From positions 742,881 through 806,880 of the forward strand of contig JAUPSS010000010.1 of assembly GCA_040285825.1 (NCBI GenBank): a DNA stretch of 64,000 bases. Reading direction: 5' to 3'. The notes under the pieces are model-generated. The model ran no database searches and had not been told where the DNA came from. It was given only the letters and a program-made list of their open reading frames with translations. The DNA comes from Eukaryota sp. TZLM1-RC. Lineage: Eukaryota > Protista > Metamonada: BaSk clade. This document shows positions 34,601-49,600 of this stretch, one piece after another. Made by a program: the position numbers and the translations under genes. Every line of letters starts with the position of its first letter. Within the stretch, counting starts at the first letter, position 1.

Positions 34601-37600
34601 ATGGTACATCTCTCCATTCTTCTTCTGCTCTCATGTTACACTGCCTTGGCCACACAAGTCAACTGGATATCTGTTCATGATGATAGTTTTGGTGACGTTA
34701 ATAATTGGTCATTTTCAGAAAATGAAGACTTTTTCACTCCTGGTTTAATCTTTGTGGTTGATCTTGATGTTCAAATAACTTTATATACAGATTTACTCCC
34801 CAACATCCAAGAAATTAGACTTGGTGGTGGTTCCTCCTCACCATCTCTCAAAATCAGTGCATCTCTTTCAGTTGAGAACTTTGTTTGGAACAGCGGTAGT
34901 CTAGAGATCGACACCAAGTTATTCAACATTCACTCTACCCTTGACTTGGCGTCGCATAGCCCCAAGGAACTACTTAAAGGTACTTTACTTTCATTTGGTT
35001 TTGTCCGAGTTTTTCATTCTTGCATACTTACACTTAAGCACGACTCTGCACTTAGTGTTCGCCATGTTTATAATGATGACAATAAAGTCTTAATATCCCC
35101 TTCATCCGGAATTTTCGAAATTACAAAACCTGCTGGAGAATCAGAGCCACAAGTTGAGTTTTTTGTTCCAATCGAATTGGAAATTAATAGTCATTTAAAA
35201 ATCGGTGTTACTGCACATTTAGTTGGAAATGTTGTGGTTAAAGAAGGTGCGGTTTTGGAGTTTAACCATGATTCGGAAATAAACAGTGAAATAGAGTTGA
35301 ATGGAGAAAATTCTGAGCTCAAAGTTGATGGTTGTACTGTTCAATTTAAGTCAAAATCCTATTATTCTGCAGTAGAAAATGATTTATTAGTTTATTTTAA
35401 CTTTAGGGATCCTCCTAGTAATGGTTACTTCAGTGATTTTTTTGGTAATTTCTATGCGAAAATTATAGGTGATACTCACCACAATGATGATCATGTTTCA
35501 ATGTCAGGTAACAATGGCCATTTACTTAGTAGTTTCAGGCCTGCCCCTACTGGTCCTTTTACAATCTACATGGAATATGAAGTTAGATCCTCATTTAACT
35601 CATGGTCCACAACATCTCAAACGGCTCAATTTGGTATTGATTCTAGTCAAGAATCTTGTAGTTTTGTTACCGGTTTTCGTAGAGATTTTATTGATTACTA
35701 TTATGTTTGGTCGATTTTTCGTGGGTTTTTTGTTGCCTTACTATCGTCTGCTTCATTTACACAGAGTATTCACGGGGAATCAGATTTCGTCGGTTCTTTT
35801 CATCCCCTTGCTTACATTGTATCAGACACTCAAGTAATGGTGATGCACCTGTCTGGCGGTCATTTTTATTATAATTCACATGCTTCATCTCCAATCGGTT
35901 CATGCCAACGGACATTGCCTTTAGATTTTGGTCGTTTGTTCAATTCAAATGGAGTTGTGATCTCTAACCATAATGGTAAACTCCGTGAGTACAGAGTTTA
36001 TGACAGAGCTCTTACTACTTCTTCAACATTGTTTTCGCAATCAGGAGAAGAAGGAATTGCCGAAACTATTACTGTTCCTGAATTCATTGGGTCTGGTTTT
36101 GTCACTCTGACTGAAGGTAGTACCATTTCCCCGATTCCTGCAGAATTAGACCATATTGATTATCCTGGGAGCACAATTTTTGATAGCCAGTTTACTTGTC
36201 TTGGAAACACTGTGGTTGTCATAACGGGAAATGTTGTTGTTAATTCAGGGGAAGATATTTCTGTGAATTGCATGATAAAACTTGAAGGTAGCATGACTAT
36301 CATCAGTGGAAATGTTATTTTCTCCAAAGATTCTCAGTTTGATGGTAGTCTTATCATTGAAGAAGATGGACTGGTTTCATTTAAGGACGCTGTTTACACA
36401 TTTACTACTGATTCTACCCTTGAACAATGTGCCAATTGTGTTGCTACCACAGAGAATACAGTTTTAAATATTGACGGACTTTGGAAAGGAGAGTCTATGC
36501 TTATTTTTCGGAAAGAATTTAATTTGCTTGAGAATTCTAGAATAGAGACTTTAACTTTTGCCCTGGATTTTTCTGGTCTGTATGAATATGAATCAGAGTA
36601 TTTCAACTTTTTAAACATAGTTAATCTTTCTATATTGTCTGGTGATATTTACTTTTTGCTTGAACCCAATGAAGTTGTAGAGTTTGAGTCCTTTGATGTT
36701 AAAGGTGGATCTGTGTTTTTTATCAATGGTGATCTCAAAACAAGTACTTTTACAATCAGTTCTGGTTCTACTTCTTGTGTTGCGTTTACTAACACTATAC
36801 TGAATTCCTTTAATACTCTTTCTCTACAAAATGGTCATTTAAGCTTTGAATATGATGATAGTCTGGATTTGGCATTTGAGGTTGACTTGGAAAATTCTGA
36901 GCTTACTTTGAAAAATTTTGTTAATTATAACTTTGATGAACTCAAATTAATAGATTCTACTAGAAATGGTGCTGGTAATTTGGTAGCCAAGAGTTTGTCA
37001 TTTGCCAATAGTGAATTTGCTGAAAGCGGCGAAACAATTTGTAATGAAAATTGTCAAATTTTAGATCATTCCCCTAATAACAACAAAATAAGTGACCTTC
37101 ATAAGCTTACATTTAATAGTGGAGGTCAAATTAGTTCTGGAAATGCTAGGTTGGAAATATTAGATGGACAATTCATTTTACCTTTAGATTTGGTTTTCCA
37201 ACTCGATTCTACACTTATTGTTTCAACCTCATCTCAAACAGATTTTCAAATATTGGGTACACTGACTATTAAAGAAGAAGGTGCTTTGGTAATTGAGGAT
37301 CCATTTGAATCTGAAGGAACTTTTATTGTAAATGGTAAATTAGAATTAGATTCAGATACTACCATTGGTGGAACTTTGAAGGTTTCAGATGGTGGGGAAG
37401 CTGTTTTCAAAGGGGATTCTTATACTTTTAACGAAAATTCCAAGCTTGAAGTTCATCATCCAAATACCCTAGTTTTACAGGAACCTATTGAATTAACTAT
37501 TGAAGGTACTTATAAAGGAATTGGTTCCATCACTCACTCACATGGAAAGTTGACGTTTACTTCTGGTTCAAAGGTGGATACTGGAGATTTTATTGTTAAA

Positions 37601-40600
37601 ACTGACAATGAATTAAATTTTAATGGTGCTGAATTTAAGTCATTAAACTTGCTAAAAATAGAAAGAGGTGAGGTTACTTTTGACTATGATGACACTTTTG
37701 AAAATATTGACATTGCCTCAATAAAACTCGAAGAAGGTTCTGTTAGCTTTACCAATGGTGATTTAAAGGCAAATACCTTTACTATTAACTCTGAATCTAC
37801 GGCTAGTGCTTCATTCATTAATACTAATCTAGATTCTTTAAGTGATTTCAGTTCAAATAATGGTATTATTGAGTTCCATTATGAGGATGATCTCACCATT
37901 TCCACAGATTTTGATCTTGATAATTCTGTCTTGGAATTAACAAACTCAGATACTATTTATTCTTTTATTGATGTTAATCTCCTCTCCTCAACTCGGAAGG
38001 GTAATGGAAATTTAATGGTTCAAGATTTAAGTTTTTCAAATACTACTTTTGCTGGTAATTCCCAAACTAAATGTACCCAAAGTTGTACTGTTTTCACTAG
38101 TGAATCTAACACTATCATTGTCAGTGATTCTCATGAATTACTATTTGATGCTAATGGTAATATTGATTCTGAATTCCCTGTCAATTTTCAAATTAATTCG
38201 GCTAGTTTTATTTTAAAGAAACACAATTCGATTTCTACAAATACTGAAGTTACAGTATCAACCTCATCTCAAACAGATTTTCAAATTTTGGACACATTGG
38301 TTATTGAAGAAGGAGGTGCTTTGGTAATTGAGGATTTATTTGAATTTGAAGGAACTTTTATTGTAAATGGTAAATTAGAATTAGAAAAAGATAATACCAT
38401 TGGTGGTGCTTTAAAGGTTTCAGATGGTGGTGAAGCTATTTTGAAAGGATATTCTTATACATTTAACGAAAATTCCAAGCTTGAAGTTCATCCAAATACC
38501 CTAGTTTTACAGGAACCTATTGAATTAACAATTGAAGGTACTTATAAAGGAATTGGTTCCATCACTCACTCACATGGAAAGTTGACGTTTACTTCTGGTT
38601 CAAAGGTGGATACTGGAGATTTTATTGTTAAAACTGACAATGAATTAAATTTTAATGGTGCTGAATTTAAGTCATTAAACTTGCTAAAAATAGAAAGAGG
38701 TGAGGTTACTTTTGACTATGATGACACTTTTGAAAATATTGATATTGCCTCAATAAAACTCCAAGAAGGTTCTGTTACCTTTACCAATGGTGATTTAAAG
38801 GCAAATACCTTTACTATTAACTCTGAATCTACGGCTAGTGCTTCATTCATTAATACTAATCTAGATTCTTTAAGTGATTTCACCTCAAATAATGGTAATA
38901 TTCAGTTCAATTATGATGATGATCTCACCATTTCCGGAGATTTTGATCTTGATAATTCTGTCTTGGAATTAACAAACTCAGATACTATTTATTCTTTTAG
39001 TGATGTTAATTTCCTCTCGTCAACTCGAAAGGGTAATGGAATTTTAATGGTTCAAGATTTGAGTTTTTCAAATACTACTTTTGCTGGTAATTCCCAAACT
39101 AAATGTACCCAAAGTTGTACTGTTTTCACTAGTGAATCTAACACTATCATTGTCAGTGTTTCTCATGAATTACTATTTGATGCTAATGGTAATATTGATT
39201 CTGAATTCCCTGTCAATTTTCAAATTAATTCGGCTAGTTTTATTTTAAAGAAACACAATTCGATTTCTACAAATACTGAAGTTACGGTATCAACCTCATC
39301 TCAAACAGATCTCCAAATTTTGGACACATTGGTTATTGAAGAAGGAGGTGCTTTGGTAATTCAGGATTTATTTGAATTTGAAGGAACTTTTATTGTAAAT
39401 GGTAAATTAGAATTAGATTCAGATAATACCATTGGTGGTACTTTAAAGGTTTCAGATGGTGGTGAAGCTATTTTGAAAGGAGATTCTTATACATTTAACG
39501 AAAATTCCAAGCTTGAAGTTCATCCAAATACGCTAACTTTACAGGAACCTATTGAATTAACAATTGAAGGTACTTATAAAGGAATTGGTTCCATCACTCA
39601 CTCACATGGAAAGTTGACGTTTACTTCTGGTTCAAAGGTGGATACTGGAGATTTTATTGTTAAAACTGACAATGAATTAAATTTTAATGGTGCTGAATTT
39701 AAATCCTTAAACTTGCTAAAAATAGAAAGAGGTGAGGTTACTTTTGACTATGATGACACTTTTGAAAATATTGACATTGCCTCAATAAAACTCGAAGAAG
39801 GTTCTGTTAGCTTTACCAATGGTGATTTAAAGGCAAATACCTTTACTATTAACTCTGAATCTACGGCTAGTGCTTCATTCATTAATACTAATCTAGATTG
39901 TTTAAGTGATTTCACCTCAAATAATGGTAATATTCAGTTCAATTATGATGATGATCTCACCATTTCCGGAGATTTTGATCTTGATAATTCTGTCTTGGAA
40001 TTAACAAACTCAGATACTATTTATTCTTTTAGTGATGTTAATCTCCTCTCCTCAACTCGGAAGGGTAATGGAAATTTAATGGTTCTAGATTTAAGTTTTT
40101 CAAATACTACTTTTGCTGGTAATTCCCAAACTAAATGTACCCAAAGTGGTACTGTTTTCACTAGTGAATCTAACACTATCATTGTCAGTGATTCTCATGA
40201 ATTACTATTTGATGCTAATGGTAATATTGATTCTGAATTCCCTGTCAATTTTCAAATTAATTCGGCTAGTTTTATTTTACAGAAACACAATTCGATTTCT
40301 ACAAATACTGAAGTTACGGTATCAACCTCATCTCAAACAGATCTCCAAATTTTGGACACATTGGTTATTGAAGAAGGAGGTGCTTTGGTAATTGAGGATT
40401 TATTTGAATTTGAAGGAACTTTTATTGTAAATGGTAAATTAGAATTAGATTCAGATAATACCATTGGTGGTACTTTAATGGTTTTAGATGGTGGTGAAGC
40501 TATTTTTAAAGGAGATTCTTATACATTTAACGAAAATTCCAAGCTTGAAGTTCATCCAAATACCCTAGTTTTACAGGAACCTATTGAATTAACAATTCAA

Positions 40601-43600
40601 GGTACTTATAAAGGAATTGGTTCCATCACTCACTCACATGGAAAGTTGACGTTTACTTTTGGTTCAAAGGTGGATACTGATGATTTTATTGTTAAAACTG
40701 ACAATGAATTAACTTTTGATGGTGCTGAATTTAAATCCTTAAACTTGCTAAAAATAGAAAGAGGTGAGGTTACTTTTGACTATGATGACACTTTTGAAAA
40801 TATTGACATTGCCTCAATAAAACTCGAAGAAGGTTCTGTTACCTTTACCAATGGTGATTTAAAGGCAAATACCTTTACTATTAACTCTGAATCTACGGCT
40901 AGTGCTTCATTTACTAACACTAACCTAGATTCTTTAAGTGATTTCACCTCAAATAATGGTAATATTCAGTTCAATTATGATAATGATCTCACCATTTCCA
41001 CAGATTTCAATTTTGATAATTCTGTCTTGGAATTAACAAACTCAGATACTATTTATTCTTTTATTGATGTTAATTTCCTCTCGTCAACTCGAAAGGGTAA
41101 TGGAATTTTAATGGTTCAAGATTTGAGTTTTTCAAATACTACTTTTGCTGGTAATTCCCAAACTAAATGTACCCAAAGTTGTACTGTTTTCACTAGTGAA
41201 TCTAACACTATCATTGTCAGTGTTTCTCATGAATTACTATTTGATGCTAATGGTAATATTGATTCTGAATTCCCTGTCAATTTTCAAATTAATTCGGCTA
41301 GTTTTATTTTAAAGAAACACAATTCGATTTCTACAAATACTGAAGTTACGGTATCAACCTCATCTCAAACAGATCTCCAAATTTTGGACACATTGGTTAT
41401 TGAAGAAGGAGGTGCTTTGGTAATTCAGGATTTATTTGAATTTGAAGGAACTTTTATTGTAAATGGTAAATTAGAATTAGATTCAGATAATACCATTGGT
41501 GGTACTTTAAAGGTTTCAGATGGTGGTGAAGCTATTTTGAAAGGAGATTCTTATACATTTAACGAAAATTCCAAGCTTGAAGTTCATCCAAATACCCTAA
41601 TTTTACAGGAACCTATTGAATTAACAATTCAAGGTACTTATAAAGGAATTGGTTCCATCACTCACTCACATGGAAAGTTGACGTTTACTTCTGGTTCAAA
41701 GGTGGATACTGGAGATTTTATTGTTAAAACTGACAATGAATTAAATTTTAATGGTGCTGAATTTAAATCCTTAAACTTGCTAAAAATAGAAAGAGGTGAG
41801 GTTACTTTTGACTATGATGACACTTTTTGAAAATATTGACATTGCCTCAATAAAACTCGAAGAAGGTTCTGTTAGCTTTACCAATGGTGATTTAAAGGCA
41901 AATACCTTTACTATTAACTCTGAATCTACGGCTAGTGCTTCATTCATTAATACTAATCTAGATTCTTTAAGTGATTTCACCTCAAATAATGGTAATATTC
42001 AGTTCAATTATGATGATGATCTCACCATTTCCGGAGATTTTGATCTTGATAATTCTGTCTTGGAATTAACAAACTCAGATACTATTTATTCTTTTAGTGA
42101 TGTTAATCTCCTCTCCTCAACTCGGAAGGGTAATGGAAATTTAATGGTTCTAGATTTAAGTTTTTCAAATACTACTTTTGCTGGTAATTCCCAAACTAAA
42201 TGTACCCAAAGTGGTACTGTTTTCACTAGTGAATCTAACACTATCATTGTCAGTGATTCTCATGAATTACTATTTGATGCTAATGGTAATATTGATTCTG
42301 AATTCCCTGTCAATTTTCAAATTAATTCGGCTAGTTTTATTTTACAGAAACACAATTCGATTTCTACAAATACTGAAGTTACGGTATCAACCTCATCTCA
42401 AACAGATCTCCAAATTTTGGACACATTGGTTATTGAAGAAGGAGGTGCTTTGGTAATTGAGGATTTATTTGAATTTGAAGGAACTTTTATTGTAAATGGT
42501 AAATTAGAATTAGATTCAGATAATACCATTGGTGGTACTTTAATGGTTTTAGATGGTGGTGAAGCTATTTTTAAAGGAGATTCTTATACATTTAACGAAA
42601 ATTCCAAGCTTGAAGTTCATCCAAATACCCTAGTTTTACAGGAACCTATTGAATTAACAATTCAAGGTACTTATAAAGGAATTGGTTCCATCACTCACTC
42701 ACATGGAAAGTTGACGTTTACTTTTGGTTCAAAGGTGGATACTGATGATTTTATTGTTAAAACTGACAATGAATTAACTTTTGATGGTGCTGAATTTAAA
42801 TCCTTAAACTTGCTAAAAATAGAAAGAGGTGAGGTTACTTTTGACTATGATGACACTTTTGAAAATATTGACATTGCCTCAATAAAACTCGAAGAAGGTT
42901 CTGTTACCTTTACCAATGGTGATTTAAAGGCAAATACCTTTACTATTAACTCTGAATCTACGGCTAGTGCTTCATTTACTAACACTAACCTAGATTCTTT
43001 AAGTGATTTCACCTCAAATAATGGTAATATTCAGTTCAATTATGATAATGATCTCACCATTTCCACAGATTTCAATTTTGATAATTCTGTCTTGGAATTA
43101 ACAAACTCAGATACTATTTATTCTTTTTATTGATGTTAATTTCCTCTCGTCAACTCGAAAGGGTAATGGAATTTTAATGGTTCAAGATTTGAGTTTTTCA
43201 AATACTACTTTTGCTGGTAATTCCCAAACTAAATGTACCCAAAGTTGTACTGTTTTCACTAGTGAATCTAACACTATCATTGTCAGTGTTTCTCATGAAT
43301 TACTATTTGATGCTAATGGTAATATTGATTCTGAATTCCCTGTCAATTTTCAAATTAATTCGGCTAGTTTTATTTTAAAGAAACACAATTCGATTTCTAC
43401 AAATACTGAAGTTACGGTATCAACCTCATCTCAAACAGATCTCCAAATTTTGGACACATTGGTTATTGAAGAAGGAGGTGCTTTGGTAATTCAGGATTTA
43501 TTTGAATTTGAAGGAACTTTTATTGTAAATGGTAAATTAGAATTAGATTCAGATAATACCATTGGTGGTACTTTAAAGGTTTCAGATGGTGGTGAAGCTA

Positions 43601-46600
43601 TTTTGAAAGGAGATTCTTATACATTTAACGAAAATTCCAAGCTTGAAGTTCATCCAAATACCCTAATTTTACAGGAACCTATTGAATTAACAATTCAAGG
43701 TACTTATAAAGGAATTGGTTCCATCACTCACTCACATGGAAAGTTGACGTTTACTTCTGGTTCAAAGGTGGATACTGGAGATTTTATTGTTAAAACTGAC
43801 AATGAATTAAATTTTAATGGTGCTGAATTTAAATCCTTAAACTTGCTAAAAATAGAAAGAGGTGAGGTTACTTTTGACTATGATGACACTTTTGAAAATA
43901 TTGACATTGCCTCAATAAAACTCGAAGAAGGTTCTGTTAGCTTTACCAATGGTGATTTAAAGGCAAATACCTTTACTATTAACTCTGAATCTACGGCTAG
44001 TGCTTCATTCATTAATACTAATCTAGATTCTTTAAGTGATTTCACCTCAAATAATGGTAATATTCAGTTCAATTATGATGATGATCTCACCATTTCCGGA
44101 GATTTTGATCTTGATAATTCTGTCTTGGAATTAACAAACTCAGATACTATTTATTCTTTTAGTGATGTTAATCTCCTCTCCTCAACTCGGAAGGGTAATG
44201 GAAATTTAATGGTTCTAGATTTAAGTTTTTCAAATACTACTTTTGCTGGTAATTCCCAAACTAAATGTACCCAAAGTTGTACTGTTTTCACTAGTGAATC
44301 TAACACTATCATTGTCAGTGATTCTCATGAATTACTATTTGATGCTAATGGTAATATTGATTCTGAATTCCCTGTCAATTTTCAAATTAATTCGGCTAGT
44401 TTTATTTTACAGAAACACAATTCGATTTCTACAAATACTGAAGTTACGGTATCAACCTCATCTCAACCAGATCTCCAAATTTTGGACACATTGGTTATTG
44501 AAGAAGGAGGTGCTTTGGTAATTGAGGATCCATTTGAATCTGAAGGAACTTTTATTGTAAATGGTAAATTAGAATTAGATTCAGATACTACCATTGGTGG
44601 AACTTTGAAGGTTTCAGATGGTGGGGAAGCTGTTTTCAAAGGGGATTCTTATACTTTTAACGAAAATTCCAAGCTTGAAGTTCATCATCCAAATACCCTA
44701 GTTTTACAGGAACCTATTGAATTAACTATTGAAGGTACTTATAAAGGAATTGGTTCCATCACTCACTCACATGGAAAGTTGACGTTTACTTCTGGTTCAA
44801 AGGTGGATACTGGAGATTTTATTGTTAAAACTGACAATGAATTAAATTTTAATGGTGCTGAATTTAAGTCATTAAACTTGCTAAAAATAGAAAGAGGTGA
44901 GGTTACTTTTGACTATGATGACACTTTTGAAAATATTGATATTGCCTCAATAAAACTCCAAGAAGGTTCTGTTACCTTTACCAATGGTGATTTAAAGGCA
45001 AATACCTTTACTATTAACTCTGAATCTACGGCTAGTGCTTCATTCATTAATACTAATCTAGATTCTTTAAGTGATTTCACCTCAAATAATGGTAATATTC
45101 AGTTCAATTATGATGATGATCTCACCATTTCCGGAGATTTTGATCTTGATAATTCTGTCTTGGAATTAACAAACTCAGATACTATTTATTCTTTTAGTGA
45201 TGTTAATCTCCTCTCCTCAACTCGGAAGGGTTATGGAAATTTAATGGTTCTAGATTTAAGTTTTTCAAATACTACTTTTGCTGGTAATTCCCAAACTAAA
45301 TGTACCCAAAGTTGTACTGTTTTCACTAGTGAATCTAACACTATCATTGTCAGTGATTCTCATGAATTACTATTTGATGCTAATGGTAATATTGATTCTG
45401 AATTCCCTGTCAATTTTCAAATTAATTCGGCTAGTTTTATTTTAGAGAAACACAATTCGATTTCTACAAATACTGAAGTTACGGTATCAACCTCATCTCA
45501 ACCAGATCTCCAAATTTTGGACACATTGGTTATTGAAGAAGGAGGTGCTTTGGTAATTGAGGATTTATTTGAATTTGAAGGAACTTTTATTGTAAATGGT
45601 AAATTAGAATTAGATTCAGATACTACCATTGGTGGAACTTTAAAGGTTTCAGATGGTGGTGAAGCTATTTTTAAAGGGGATTCTTATACTTTCAACGAAA
45701 ATTCCAAGCTTGAAGTTCATCCAAATACCCTAATTTTACAGGAACCTATTGAATTAACAATTGAAGGTACTTATAAAGGAATTGGTTCCATCACTCACTC
45801 ACATGGAAAGTTGACGTTTACTTCTGGTTCAAAGGTGGATACTGGAGATTTTATTGTTAAAACTGACAATGAATTAAATTTTAATGGTGCTGAATTTAAG
45901 TCATTAAACTTGCTAAAAATAGAAAGAGGTGAGGTTACTTTTGACTATGATGACACTTTTGAAAATATTGATATTGCCTCAATAAAACTCCAAGAAGGTT
46001 CTGTTACCTTTACCAATGGTGATTTAAAGGCAAATACCTTTACTATTAACTCTGAATTTACGGCTAGTGCTTCATTCATTAATACTAACCTAGATTCTTT
46101 AAGTGATTTCACCTCAAATAATGGTAATATTCAGTTCAATTATGAGGATGATTTTACCATTTCCACAGATTTTGATCTTGATAATTCTGTCTTGGAATTA
46201 ACAAACTCAGATACTATTTATTCTTTTATTGATGTTAATCTCCTCTCCTCAACTCGGAAGGGTAATGGAAATTTAATGGTTCAAGATTTAAGTTTTTCAA
46301 ATACTACTTTTACTGGTAATTCCCAAACTAAATGTACTCAAAGTTGTACTGTTCAAGCTGAAACTTCACTTATCAATCAAATCACAGATCAACATAGGTT
46401 GTCGATTACCCCAGTTGTTGTTTTCTCCCACACCGTCTTTTACTTGGCTTCATCATCAATTATTTTCGAACAAAAGGTTAGCTTAATTGAACTTGAAGTT
46501 TTTGGTTCTTTTGGCTCCAGTGTTGAAGTATTTGGACTATGCGAATTACATAACAGTTCTTTTTTCAATATTGCCACCTTTGATAATAATTTGCTTTTTC

Positions 46601-49600
46601 ACCATTCTCTTTCATGTCACAATGTGGTGTATCAATGGACGGTGGATGTGCAAGGTAATCTATTGTTGAGCAACGGTTCGTCTAATTCATTTCTGAATGA
46701 TCTCATCATTCATTCGTCTGTGTATTTTGAACTTGATGCTTTTATGGTCATTGACTCAACAGCCTATCTTCTTCAAAATTCAAACCTTACTTCTGATCTA
46801 GGCCTGATCTTGAGGGAAAACGCTGAGGTTTTTGTCAGTGGTTACTGGAATAGTCCCTTGAAAGTACTGTCGCCTACTGGTGGGCTGTTGGTTTTTGACT
46901 CACTCTCAGTGCTCACCTTTAAGTCAATCAATGCTTTATCATCAACTATTCGTATTTTTTCTACTATATCTGATATTGCGACTGTTGATTTGCGGAATTC
47001 TTCATTATTAATTGAATTTCCCTCTGCAATTTATATTCATAATGTTATGTGTCAAAATTCAACTATCATCATTTCTGATGTTCCAGCGCCTGTTACGTTG
47101 GGTGAAGTGCAAGCTTTGGACTCGGAATTTATTTTTAGTGATCTTGATCCTTTTCTTCTAATAGAAGTGTTAGTTTCGAAAGGGAGTACCTTTCACTTTC
47201 ACACTGGGCAGTTGTGTGTGATCTCCAATGTTTCACAGTCAGATTCATTATTAACTGGAACAGACCCCTACATATTTCTTAATGAACTAGTTTTTGATGT
47301 TGAAATCAACTCTGGCGACAACTGTTGTCCAACAGAAAGTTGTCATTTGACACTTCCATTTGACTATGCTTGGTCTGTCAATGATTACTTGAATGTAGAT
47401 GTACTTGGCACTGAGCAAATTGATCAACATGAATACAGCTACCATTTTGATCTTGTTTTGCGGAATAGTTGGGGGGTTGAAGAGCAATTTCGGTCAGTGT
47501 TTGTCAATTTTACTGTTAATAATCAGTTTGTGTTAACTTCATTTCAAGTTGATCTTTGTCCATTCACTATTATTGAATCTTCTCAACCACCGACTATTGG
47601 TGGTCCTGTTGTTTTTTCTGGTGTCAATTTTGGTTCTTTACTTCATCCTATCCATGTTACTGTGGATACGCTCAATATTTTATTGTTATCCTCAGAATTT
47701 GATCATTCTTCTATAACTTTTCATGTTGGTTCATTTTCAGGATGCCACAATGCAACTTTCTTTCCTACTAACAGAGCCCCTACAGAATTTGAATTTTGTT
47801 ATCAAATTCCGGTGATTATTTCACTTTCCCCTCGACTGGTTCCTTTTTCCTCTGATATTGTCATTTCTGGCATCAACTTTGGTGATAAACCAAATTTTGA
47901 GCTTTATGTAGCTGATACTTATGCTGACTCTGAACCCTTCACTGTTACTTACAGCATGGCTATCCTACATCTTTCATATGTATGCACGTCCAGCTCAGTC
48001 ATCAATATTGCCGTTGTTGTTGGAAACCAATTCAGCAACTTTGTGGATGTGGAATTAATTACTCCTTCGTTTGAGGTAGTTCCCGACATTTTACCAAGTT
48101 CTGGAGGCATAATTACCTTAGAAGGAAATTCTTTCAGCAAATTATTTGAAAGCGAATGCTTAGAATATGCTGAAATCACTTGTAGTGATGGTTTGGTTTA
48201 TTTTGAACCCTCTCGTGATCATTTTGACCGTGTTTCTGTTGGTATCTATCAATTGGATGAATCAACTGAAATTGTTGATTGTATTATTTCTTTTATTCCA
48301 GCTCTCCATGATTCTTTTTCTGTTATAATTGCAGTTATTGAGGCTTTTCCCGATGACGGAGTGTGCTTTGTCAATACTGAGTGTAAGGCTATATTATCTA
48401 GTGTTGAGAGAGGTCTTGATTTTACTACCCTCCATCCCCATGTCAAGGACGAGTCTGCAATTCGTATTGTCAGTTACGTTGCACAAACCAATTATTCTGA
48501 ATTAGTATTTCTTCCTTTTTCCACCAGTCCTGGTCTCGAGTTGTGTTCCAACAAGTCTATTTCTTGCTTTTCTATTTCAAATTTTCCTCCCATCGCCGAA
48601 GTTATCTCCATCTCACCAACTAGGCTCATTTATGATGGCCCTTCCCGAACAAGTTGTGTCGAAATTATTGGAATCAATTTCGATAATTACTTTGATTTTG
48701 AAAGTGCCTTCGCTATTTCGGATTTCTCAATAACAACTAGTAAAGAAGATGCAGTTAGTGTCAGTGCATGTCTAACTGGTCTCGCCATTGGTTCATTTCA
48801 ACTATCCACCCACAGTATGCTCAGTAGTGTTGAAACTGCTTTTACAATTGAAATTTTGGATCCACTTGTTATGCCTACTTTGTTCACCAATAGTAGAGTT
48901 TATTTTCTATTTGACTCTCCATCAAGTGTTAACATCCAGATTTCGTCCCTTAGTTTTTTATTAAATCCTGGATTCAACTTTCTCAATCTTGAACAACTAA
49001 ACGAATGTCCAGTCACTATTCAAGCGGGGGATGGTTCTAATTCCCGTCATATTTTGGTAGATTGTGTTGATTCTTTAGTCATACAACCCTCTCTGTTCTT
49101 CATCAATGTCAGATCATTGGCGAAGATTCCAATTCCTGATGGTTTGAGTGGTGTTTTTAACTTGGCATGTGATTCTTCCACTTGTACCACTGGAGATGTT
49201 TCCACTATTGACTCTGAATTAAATGTCATGGTAGAGTTTTCAACCACTGGGAACTTTGTATTGAGCTTAAGCCTTGTTGAAGGTGATAATTCTATGACCA
49301 AGGATTTTGTGGTCAGTGTTCTCCGTGAGTCGTCCTTTTTTGTCAGCATTTCTGAGCTTTTGTATTATGACAACTCTACTGTGATGGTAGCTGTTCAGAA
49401 TTTCATGTCACAAGGTACATTCCAATGGTCCAGCTCTGAACATGCTGCAAATATACACAGTTTATCATATACAGACTCGCTGACGATGATATCATTAAAG
49501 CTTCCCCTAATTGAAGCCCCTGGAAGTTTTCTGTTTGAACTCTATTGGATTTATCCCCTGGCAATGGGACATAAAGTGTTTGTTTCTAATTTTACTGTTC

